This document shows, piece by piece, positions 28,585-35,667 of a stretch of 46,879 nucleotides of DNA. Under the pieces are notes generated by a model that was not told the DNA's origin, made no database searches, and worked only from the letters and a program-made list of their open reading frames with translations. Source of the stretch: a virus (lineage: Duplodnaviria > Caudoviricetes); IMG/VR virus record IMGVR_UViG_3300015370_000022, positions 1 to 46,879 of that record; one strand, given 5' to 3'. The position numbers and the translations under genes were made by a program. Within the stretch, counting starts at the first letter, position 1; every line of letters starts with the position of its first letter.

Positions 28585-28989
28585 ATGATAACTAAAACTG
28601 ATTTAGCCTATATTGCTGGATTGTTAGATGGCGAAGGCACAATCTCTATTTCCAATCAATTTTATATGGCAGTTAGAATACGAAATACTGATAAAGAAGC
28701 AATGCATTGGCTTAAGGGTATATTTCCGCTGGCTCGCCTCTATACAATTATGCCCCGGCAACCAACCCACAAAACAAGTTATTCCCTTGAATTATCAGGC
28801 GACAATGCTTCTGACCTACTTAAACACTTATTACCCTTTTTGAGAATTAAAAAACGTCAAGCTCTTCTGGCAATCCATTTTATCAATGAACGCCATTTAA
28901 GAGCACCCAGACCTGGTCATAAATTACATCATTCAGTTATTGCCAAGCGGAAGCAATACTACATAGAGATGAAACAGTTAAATTCTTAA
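28585..28989 (+). CDS. free-standing single-motif LAGLIDADG endonuclease
   Basis: LAYIAGLLDGEGTI ... LLPFLRIKKRQA. Confidence 0.9.
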   Translation: MITKTDLAYIAGLLDGEGTISISNQFYMAVRIRNTDKEAMHWLKGIFPLARLYTIMPRQPTHKTSYSLELSGDNASDLLKHLLPFLRIKKRQALLAIHFINERHLRAPRPGHKLHHSVIAKRKQYYIEMKQLNS

Positions 28990-29187
28990 CACGTAAGCGT
29001 GTAGTTCAAATTAGGTAGTATCGTTGAGCAATTCGTTAAAAATAGTAACCTGATACAGTTTGAGAGACTTGCTAGGCATCACGCTTTGGTGTGAGTTCCT
29101 GTAACTTGCTGTCAGTCAAGTTGGTAGCTATTGCGTGACAGGGGTAGCCGGTATATGATGGTGGTATCAAAGGAAAGGAGCAAGGGA

Positions 29188-29358
29188 ATGAGGAAGGAAT
29201 GCCCGGAGTGCGGAAGGATGGTGTACCAGTTATTTGTAAAGCAAGCACCGGCCAATATATTAACAATGGCAGATAGAGTCGCTTGTGGCTATTGCCTAAA
29301 TAACCTTTGGGCAATCAATGAAGAAAAGGAACAAGCAGGTAAGGAGGTAAGGAAATGA
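29188..29358 (+). CDS. small zinc-ribbon protein
   Basis: AGGAG RBS; CPEC...CGYC. Confidence 0.6.
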   Translation: MRKECPECGRMVYQLFVKQAPANILTMADRVACGYCLNNLWAINEEKEQAGKEVRK

Positions 29359-29507
29359 CAACTTGGCATAAGGAAATACCCAAAGCAATAGATGGTATTT
29401 GCGTAGATTGCAAAAAGTTTTATGAGTGCTTTATCCGAGAAGCTGCAGAGAATGAACGCAATAGTCATGTAGTAGAATGCGGGCAATTTGAGGAAAGCCG
29501 AAACTAG
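29355..29507 (+). CDS. small Cys-rich protein; its 3' end overlaps the hammerhead
   Basis: AAGGAGG RBS, ATGA overlap, CVDC...C...C, 50 aa. Confidence 0.6.
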   Translation: MTTWHKEIPKAIDGICVDCKKFYECFIREAAENERNSHVVECGQFEESRN

Positions 29508-29565
29508 CTCTTAACCGGGCTAGTCTGACCGAGTTGACATCTCGGCACTGACGAAGGCAAGTCAG
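29497..29565 (+). ncRNA. type II hammerhead ribozyme
   Basis: GCC-GAAA-[stem III ACTAGCTC/GGGCTAGT]-C(29525)-[stem I TG-CCGAG/CTCGG-CA]-CTGACGA-A-GGC; loop TGAC can pair with downstream GTCA. Confidence 0.85.
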
Positions 29566-29592
29566 ACAATCAAAGGAAAGGGGGCAAGGACG

Positions 29593-29970
29593 ATGATAAC
29601 AGAGCTACAAAAAAGGTTGGGCGTAACAAGCGAGTTTATCGATAAGGATAACCACAAGTATTGGATGACTGATAGATGTCAGTTGATAGACCCGGATATA
29701 GCTGGCTCTCCAATGCCAGAGTTATTGGCTAATCTCATCCATAAGTCAATATCGCCAAGCGAGATGATATATCTCATTCAGATAGGGCTTGGTGTGTATG
29801 ATGAGCACGGCAACCGCTTACCAATGAGAGTTGGATTGCCAACCGATGTCCCTAGACCTAAAACATATAAGCTCTTCCGAGATGCGCTGACTTGGCTAGA
29901 AAGCAACTATTTAGGTGGCTGGTTTTATGCAGTTGATAAAATCTGGAAGGAAGCTAAAACCGAGTACTAG
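29593..29970 (+). CDS. hypothetical early protein
   Basis: 125 aa with purine-rich RBS. Confidence 0.75.
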   Translation: MITELQKRLGVTSEFIDKDNHKYWMTDRCQLIDPDIAGSPMPELLANLIHKSISPSEMIYLIQIGLGVYDEHGNRLPMRVGLPTDVPRPKTYKLFRDALTWLESNYLGGWFYAVDKIWKEAKTEY

Positions 29971-30018
29971 TCCCTCTATACAGTGGGGAAGTGCAAGTCC
30001 CCACTAATAGGGAGATTA
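29968..30018 (+). other. long imperfect RNA hairpin
   Basis: TAGTCCCTCTAT/ATAGGGAGATTA outer stem, AGTGGGGA/TCCCCACT inner stem. Confidence 0.65.
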
Positions 30019-30031
30019 GCACCTTAACAAC

Positions 30032-30348
30032 TGAATAGAATCTTACCCGCCTCGCCTTGCTAAATAAAATAAACAGGAGTAGCAACGATGAAACTGTATA
30101 GCTGGATTGGGAATGAACGAGGCACAGGGAAAACGCAAGGTGGAAACAAAGTCATAGAGTTTGGCTTAGACTATGAGGAGAACGGACAGGATTGGAAATG
30201 TAATACCTCTGAACACGAACTCCACCTCAAGTACATGCTAGACGAAAATGGCAAACCAGTAATCTATATCTGGGGCAATAAAAACTATCAGGTCATAGAT
30301 AGAAGGTAACATTGCACTGGCAAGGCGGGGGAGGTAAGATTCTATTCA
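30032..30348 (+). repeat. inverted repeat (31 bp stem) enclosing gene 30088-30309
   Basis: 30032-30062 pairs with 30318-30348: 16 bp perfect, 2x2 loop, then 13 bp with G-U. Confidence 0.9.
30088..30309 (+). CDS. hypothetical early protein (stem-enclosed)
   Basis: AGGAG RBS, 73 aa. Confidence 0.75.
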   Translation: MKLYSWIGNERGTGKTQGGNKVIEFGLDYEENGQDWKCNTSEHELHLKYMLDENGKPVIYIWGNKNYQVIDRR

Positions 30349-30568
30349 CAGCACCTTAACAACTGATAGATTAGGGGGTAGCACTTCCCAAGAGTCTCAA
30401 CACAGTTGAATTTTGTGAGGGTATGAAAAATGACCCCACTACTGGACGACACCGAGTGAAGGGCAATCTACCCCCTGTCTAGCACCTTAACAATAGAATA
30501 GACTGAACACCCGGACACTAGCTGGACCTAAGACACTTACAAGCTGGTTAAGGGTTAGTAGGCAAAAA

Positions 30569-30866
30569 GTCCTTACTCCGTAGGAGTGCTTGAGCACTAC
30601 TAAAATATGGAGGGATAAAGTGATAAGCTGGGAAGAACTAAAGCCAACGCTTGATGAAGTCCTAGAGGATTGTGAACAGTGTGTCGCTTGTTGCACGCCA
30701 CTAACACGGGAGACCGCTTGGGTATTAGATAACATACATGATAAGCGACATTATTGCTACCAACACGCACCAGAGGATGCTATCCGGGTAAAAGACTTAA
30801 TGAGACCACTAAAAGCTCTGGCATAATACTACACGGGAGGTTTGAGCCTCCCTACGGAGTAAGGAC
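30569..30866 (+). repeat. inverted repeat enclosing gene 30620-30826
   Basis: GTCCTTACTCCGTAGG (30569-30584) / CCTACGGAGTAAGGAC (30851-30866) perfect, extendable by GCTTGAGC/GTTTGAGC with G-U. Confidence 0.9.
30620..30826 (+). CDS. small Cys/His protein (stem-enclosed)
   Basis: GGAGG RBS before GTG at 30620; CVAC...YCYQH. Confidence 0.65.
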   Translation: MISWEELKPTLDEVLEDCEQCVACCTPLTRETAWVLDNIHDKRHYCYQHAPEDAIRVKDLMRPLKALA

Positions 30867-30869
30867 AAC

Positions 30870-31460
30870 GCTGATACCTCGTTGACTGGGCGGGTAGGAA
30901 AGGAAGTAACTATGCGACTAATCAACAAAACGAAGCATAGCACCATAGGGCTTAGGGTTATGCTCTATGCCCTGGCTGCTCAAGCCAATATCTCAACAAG
31001 AGGTGTAACAGTAGAAGTCAGGCGGGGTTCTCGAAACTTGCACGGAGTTTGTTACCAGTATGAGAAGCGGATTATTCTCTGGTTACTCAACTCTAGCAAG
31101 ACGCAAGATATATCATTCATCTGGTTGCATGAACTAGCACACCTGACCCCCCGCAATATGAAGCTAGGTGCTAGCGGACACAGCATTAAAGCACAAAGAC
31201 AGGCAGATGCAGTCGCCGAGAAGATACTTGGGATAACACATAAAGACCTAAAATGGCATGAGAAGTCTTGGAGAACTAGGCAGCATCCCAAATATCCCAC
31301 AAAGAAACTAGCATTGGCAAATCATCCCGACCCTGAGGACAAATACCCGGCTTGGCGTTTTAGACTTATTAAAACCAGACATGAGGGTAAAAAGTGGTGG
31401 GTCTGGCAAGAGAAGTTGAAGTAAAATCTAATTTACCCGCTCAGTCACAGGGGTATCAGC
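30870..31460 (+). repeat. inverted repeat (29 bp stem) enclosing gene 30912-31424
   Basis: 30870-30898 pairs with 31432-31460 with G-U pairs and one 2x2 loop. Confidence 0.88.
30912..31424 (+). CDS. HExxH zinc metallopeptidase-like protein (stem-enclosed)
   Basis: HGVC...WLHELAH motif of the SprT/ImmA-like zincin type. Confidence 0.65.
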   Translation: MRLINKTKHSTIGLRVMLYALAAQANISTRGVTVEVRRGSRNLHGVCYQYEKRIILWLLNSSKTQDISFIWLHELAHLTPRNMKLGASGHSIKAQRQADAVAEKILGITHKDLKWHEKSWRTRQHPKYPTKKLALANHPDPEDKYPAWRFRLIKTRHEGKKWWVWQEKLK

Positions 31461-31718
31461 TAACTCAGTGAGCTGCCTTGCTAAATAAAATTAGTGAGGT
31501 GAAAGTATGGTAATGGGAATGAATGTGAGAACCTATATTTATGTCAGGCCCGAAGATGGCAAATGTGTCCATCAACAAGCGTGTGGGGCAATTATGGGTG
31601 AGGAATACGAACACGATGAACTTGACTGGCAACCACCAGATGATTGGCCGTATGAGGTCAAGGATTTACGCAAAGAGTAATTAGCACTAGCAAGGCGGTT
31701 CACTAAGTAGGCTGATAC
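31453..31718 (+). repeat. inverted repeat (31 bp stem) enclosing gene 31507-31680
   Basis: 31453-31483 pairs with 31688-31718 with two mismatches and three G-U pairs. Confidence 0.88.
31507..31680 (+). CDS. small acidic protein (stem-enclosed)
   Basis: GAGGTG RBS; 57 aa MVMGMNVRTY...KDLRKE, missed by the ORF track. Confidence 0.65.
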   Translation: MVMGMNVRTYIYVRPEDGKCVHQQACGAIMGEEYEHDELDWQPPDDWPYEVKDLRKE

Positions 31719-31749
31719 AATTACCCACTAATATAAAGGAGGTAAGGAA

Positions 31750-31896
31750 ATGAAGTGTGTGATTTGTTTGACCAAGGAGACGGGAGATAAAGTAGTATGC
31801 AAGGATTGTTTTGAAAAGGATAAAGAGGAAGCTATACAAGCAATGATGGATGTCATACTCTACGAGAGACCCTATCAGAGGGAGGCAAGGCAATGA
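31750..31896 (+). CDS. small zinc-finger protein
   Basis: AAGGAGG RBS; CVIC...CKDC. Confidence 0.6.
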   Translation: MKCVICLTKETGDKVVCKDCFEKDKEEAIQAMMDVILYERPYQREARQ

Positions 31897-32075
31897 AAAC
31901 TAGAGACGAAGCATTTCAGGAATACCAAGAGACAATGGATAAAATAGACGAGGACAATAACAGGAAACGAGCAGAGGCAAAGCTCATACTCAACGAACAT
32001 TTGGCAACTATCAGGGCTTCACTCCACAAGGAATTGAAAGCTGTCCGTGATTTACAACAATCAAAAGGAAGGTGA
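31893..32075 (+). CDS. small coiled-coil protein
   Basis: GGAGG RBS, ATGA overlap. Confidence 0.65.
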   Translation: MKTRDEAFQEYQETMDKIDEDNNRKRAEAKLILNEHLATIRASLHKELKAVRDLQQSKGR

Positions 32076-32079
32076 AAAT

Positions 32080-32250
32080 ATGCCTGATGAAAGAATGATG
32101 GAATGCCCTTACTGTAGCCTGATATTCTGGATTACAGAAGAGGAGCAATATGACAACGAAACCTTTGAGTGTCATCATTGTAGAGAGGCTAACGCCGGAT
32201 GCACAGACGCCGACGACTATGGCGTGCTAATTGGAGAAAGAGAGGTTTAA
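32080..32250 (+). CDS. small zinc-ribbon protein
   Basis: AGGAAGG RBS; CPYC...CHHC. Confidence 0.65.
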   Translation: MPDERMMECPYCSLIFWITEEEQYDNETFECHHCREANAGCTDADDYGVLIGEREV

Positions 32251-32278
32251 CTGCTTAATAAAATAAAGGAGGAGTGAA

Positions 32279-32506
32279 ATGGGTTTCTGGTCTAAAGAAA
32301 CTAAAGCAAAAGTTAGAGTAACGGCAAAACTACGACGGATTGGAGTTTTAACAAAGCTAGCAGATGACGACCTCAAGGATACCTGTGATGTTCGTGCTGA
32401 GTGGCTACAAGAAGCATTAGCAGCAGCAAAGGAGAAAGGCATTAAATTTACTATAAGTTCTGAAGGTGATGTGTTCTTTGCAGAGCTTGATACGATGAAG
32501 CTATGA
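32279..32506 (+). CDS. hypothetical protein
   Basis: AAGGAGGAG RBS; 75 aa. Confidence 0.7.
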   Translation: MGFWSKETKAKVRVTAKLRRIGVLTKLADDDLKDTCDVRAEWLQEALAAAKEKGIKFTISSEGDVFFAELDTMKL

Positions 32507-32853
32507 GGGGCTAAGCCCCTCTAGGGGGATACTACACTAATAAGAGGAGGTAAGGAGAGAATGGTAAGAACAATAACATATAGTTGCGATAATCCTGAAT
32601 GCCGGCTAATATCAACAAACCCTGATAAATGCCCCTTCTGTGGATGCAAAGAATTGAGCGTTTATGAGGACTATGAGGAGGAGTAATGCCATCAACACAA
32701 ACACTATTGAAAGCCTATGGGAATATACCCATTCCTGACCGAATTGATGAAATGTCTTATCAAGAAGCATTTGACCGAGAACTTGACAGGTATTCCATAA
32801 GGCAAGCCTTAATGCGTCTTTATGAAAGGGATGTTGAAACAATTAAAGAAGAT

Positions 32854-33268
32854 AGAGGGAGTTAGCCTCCCCATAGGGAGAGAAAATCAGGAGGTTATAT
32901 GCTAAGACTAATAACAGATAAAAAGAGGAAAGAGGAAAACCACAAGTTCTATGATGAGGGATTAAACAGGGGATATGCGTTAGGGCGTATGATGGACCGA
33001 GCAGAAGCCACTAACCGGGGATTTATTATAGGAAGCAAAGTAAATAAAGAGCTTGAGGATATTCTCAAGCAGGAGAAATTTTAAGGAGGTAAGGAGTAAT
33101 GGAAGTAATTAAGTGGGCGAGTGGTAAGGGTCTGAAACTAATCCTATCACGAAAAGAGGCAGAGGATTTACAAGAAGTGGTACGCCTTGCACTGGGGTCA
33201 TATGTCAGGGAAGCCGAAAGTGATTTCTTTGAAATAGAAATAGAGAGGGAGTTAGCCTCCCCATAGGG
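32854..33268 (+). repeat. 25 bp direct repeat AGAGGGAGTTAGCCTCCCCATAGGG (32854-32878, 33244-33268)
   Basis: Exact match; contains a GGGAG/CTCCC hairpin; brackets two small genes. Confidence 0.9.
32899..33084 (+). CDS. hypothetical protein
   Basis: AGGAGG RBS; YDEGLNRGYALG motif. Confidence 0.65.
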   Translation: MLRLITDKKRKEENHKFYDEGLNRGYALGRMMDRAEATNRGFIIGSKVNKELEDILKQEKF

Positions 33269-33285
33269 GGGAGTGAAAGGAGCCA

Positions 33286-33546
33286 ATGAAACGGCAATTA
33301 TACCAATGTCAACAAGCTAAGGCAATATACGACTATAAGATTGAGGAATGCCGAATTACTTGCGTTGCAGGACACCGATTATTTAGCGGTAGTATGGACG
33401 GCACAGTAAATATCAGGTGTCTGAGAAGAGGCGAACCACTAGAATATCAGGCGTGCCAAACCTGTGAGAGCTATGATTGCAACGGAGCACCTATCCCAAA
33501 ATCAGAGCGTGGCTGGTATAACTTGGAGAAAACTGAAGCAAAGTAA
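33286..33546 (+). CDS. Cys-rich hypothetical protein
   Basis: AAGGAG RBS; 86 aa. Confidence 0.7.
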   Translation: MKRQLYQCQQAKAIYDYKIEECRITCVAGHRLFSGSMDGTVNIRCLRRGEPLEYQACQTCESYDCNGAPIPKSERGWYNLEKTEAK

Positions 33547-33656
33547 AGCATTAAAGAGCAAACAAGAGCTATAAAGACCTGTAATTACCTGTCAATAAAC
33601 TTGTCAAGATATAGCCAATAGGCATAAAATTAAGTAAAGGAGGGATAAATTTAATA

Positions 33657-33870
33657 GCTGGTGTCCTGAGAGGCTGAAAAAAGCCAGAGGCGAAAGTCAT
33701 ATCGGTTATGGTTGGAATGCTTTTACTTAATCCTGAACAGGCAGTGTTGAAATACCGAGCCAGCAATCTTGCCTACCCTTGAAAAAGTGGTAGGCGTTAG
33801 GTTCTGCGGGGTATGGCTAATAAATGATATGGTGGAATTCGAAAGGAACCCCAGACCAGCCCCGCAGGAC
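33657..33870 (+). ncRNA. candidate structured non-coding RNA
   Basis: Intergenic; stems GCTGGT/GCCAGC, TCGGT/ACCGA, GCCTACC/GGTAGGC, GTTCTGCGGGGT/GCCCCGCAGGAC. Confidence 0.5.
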
Positions 33871-33891
33871 ATTAAATAAGTGAGGTTTAGA

Positions 33892-34194
33892 ATGTTAAGA
33901 AAACTTAGTCAGCAAGAGCAGGAAACTATAATCACTTTTAACCAGGCAGATAAAGAGGCTTTTATATTTACATATTCCAAAGTCTGGCAGAAACACCTTG
34001 AAGATAAGCTCGGATTGAAGCCAGTAATGGACAACAGATATGGGGGTAAAGAATATGAGCTACCCAAGAGCAGAATTAAGCCACCAAGAGCACCTAGAAA
34101 GTTATCTGCTTCGGCTAGAAAAAAACTAGGCGACAGGTTACGCCAGACCCGTGTTACAAAACTGGAAAATAGCAGAACTAATAGAACACAGTAA
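33892..34194 (+). CDS. hypothetical protein (EQETIITFN motif)
   Basis: GAGG RBS before ATG at 33892; basic C-terminus. Confidence 0.7.
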   Translation: MLRKLSQQEQETIITFNQADKEAFIFTYSKVWQKHLEDKLGLKPVMDNRYGGKEYELPKSRIKPPRAPRKLSASARKKLGDRLRQTRVTKLENSRTNRTQ

Positions 34195-34229
34195 ATAAAG
34201 TTGTCAATAAGGTATGGTATAATAGAACT

Positions 34230-34412
34230 ATGGGGAAATATGATAATATGCGTAAGCACTCTCGTAACAAAATGATTGCAGAGTATCGGTATTCCCATCC
34301 CGAACTTAGCTTGCAAGAACTAGCAAGCCTGTTTAACATTTCCAAGCAAAGAGTCTGGGCGATACTAAAAGCGCATCAAGGGAAATCAGTTAATGGAGGC
34401 AACAAAACATAA
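34230..34412 (+). CDS. helix-turn-helix DNA-binding protein, leaderless
   Basis: LSLQELASLFNISKQRVWAIL; TGGTATAAT 6 nt upstream of the ATG. Confidence 0.8.
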   Translation: MGKYDNMRKHSRNKMIAEYRYSHPELSLQELASLFNISKQRVWAILKAHQGKSVNGGNKT

Positions 34413-34809
34413 ATTAGGCGTACCTTTTAAGGATAGATTGGGTTATATACAAGTATCAATAGACCGAAATCACCCATACGCAGGAATGGTAAATTGGAGA
34501 GAGCGTTCAAATCAAGTTGCAGTAGCCGAGCACCGCCTTATAATGGCAAAACATTTAGGCAGATGTCTTGAGTGCTGGGAAGTAGTCCACCATAAGAATG
34601 GAATCAAAGACGATAATAGAGTAGAAAATTTAGAGGTTGAGAGAAAAGGTGAACATACAAGGATGCACAATAAAGGATACCAAGATGGATTTAATACTGG
34701 ATATAGAGAAGGTTTATTCAAAGCAAGTGTTATCTTAGTATTAATATCTAGCGTGCTTTTAACGTCCCAAAACACAGTTCCTGTGCAGAAATCAGGAGCT
34801 AGAAAGTAA
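34393..34809 (+). CDS. HNH endonuclease
   Basis: EHRLIMAKHLGR...VVHHKNGIKDDNRVENL. Confidence 0.9.
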   Translation: MEATKHKLGVPFKDRLGYIQVSIDRNHPYAGMVNWRERSNQVAVAEHRLIMAKHLGRCLECWEVVHHKNGIKDDNRVENLEVERKGEHTRMHNKGYQDGFNTGYREGLFKASVILVLISSVLLTSQNTVPVQKSGARK

Positions 34810-34876
34810 AAGCAATAGTAGGATACCTTGTATAAGGGGGAACAACAAAAATGTCCACTAGATTAAGAGGGCTAAA

Positions 34877-35467
34877 ATGGAACTAGGTAACACTGTTTTT
34901 GGCAATTCAAGGGGGGAATACCCGCTAAAGCGTGGCACTGGCTTTGAGGCAGAATTTGAACGCCTTAATAATCGCTTTGAGCCAAATGGATATGTTGAGG
35001 AATTTGAAAATGATGTCTTTACGATATTCCCGTATTATTGGGGGGAATGCACTTGTGGGTATGAAGATTTGCCAGATGAACAGCAAGATATACGAACCCA
35101 CACTGATGACTGTAAATTGCTGAAGCCAAACTTTTGTTTTAAGCCAACTAATTTTCAAATCCAATGGTATAAATATCCTTTCAGGGATTCATATACTAAT
35201 CAGCAGGTTGCATTAAAGGAATTCTCTCAAATAATTGATGCCTGCATAGACTCACTCAAGGATGATGGAAAGTATAAAAGTTTAATGCGAGGCAAACATA
35301 TCAGTTCAGCATATTGGCGGAGAAAGAGAGAGGCCTTAGATAAAGAGGGCTGGCTATGTCATAAGTGTATACAGGGTATGCCCTTAAAAAACAAAAAGGT
35401 TATTTGTGATACCGTTGAGCGTAATTGGCGTAAGGAATGCGAACATTTTATTGCGTGGGAGGAATGA
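34877..35467 (+). CDS. hypothetical phage protein
   Basis: 196 aa; PYYWGECTCG and WYKYPFRDSY motifs. Confidence 0.75.
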   Translation: MELGNTVFGNSRGEYPLKRGTGFEAEFERLNNRFEPNGYVEEFENDVFTIFPYYWGECTCGYEDLPDEQQDIRTHTDDCKLLKPNFCFKPTNFQIQWYKYPFRDSYTNQQVALKEFSQIIDACIDSLKDDGKYKSLMRGKHISSAYWRRKREALDKEGWLCHKCIQGMPLKNKKVICDTVERNWRKECEHFIAWEE

Positions 35468-35667
35468 AGAAAATGTCCACTAATCTTAGCACCATAGAAT
35501 ACTGTAAGGAATGTGGAAAGGATGTGGAGGCGTGGAAGTCATTTCACAGGAAGAGGGATGGTGGTTTTGAGGTAGAGCTTTCCTGTAATGTGTGTGGTCA
35601 TACTATAGAATTTTGGGACTATGACGAGAGGGGTAATAGGATAGAGGTGCAGGAGGTGAAGAAATGA
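35464..35667 (+). CDS. zinc-ribbon protein
   Basis: GGAGG RBS; CKEC...CNVC. Confidence 0.65.
   Translation: MKKMSTNLSTIEYCKECGKDVEAWKSFHRKRDGGFEVELSCNVCGHTIEFWDYDERGNRIEVQEVKK

Larger units (their letters stand above)
30018..30493 (+). repeat. three copies of boxA-like AGCACCTTAACAA (30018, 30350, 30481)
   Basis: 13 nt exact direct repeat (17 nt in the first two copies); resembles rrn boxA TGCTCTTTAACA. Confidence 0.8.

Noticed and set aside
29984-30007. Twister-sister ribozyme suggested by the GTGCAAGTCC loop
   Set aside because: Only this loop matches; the flanks form a simple long hairpin without the junction and catalytic internal loop
30018-30493. CRISPR mini-array from the AGCACCTTAACAA repeats
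   Set aside because: Repeat is only 13-17 nt, spacing is irregular (332 and 131 nt), one interval contains a gene, and no cas genes are present
30032-31718. Integron cassettes, MITEs or DNA invertons
   Set aside because: No integrase, recombinase or transposase seen; no GTTRRRY attC cores or target duplications; G-U-biased mismatches favour RNA pairing. Not fully excluded without read data
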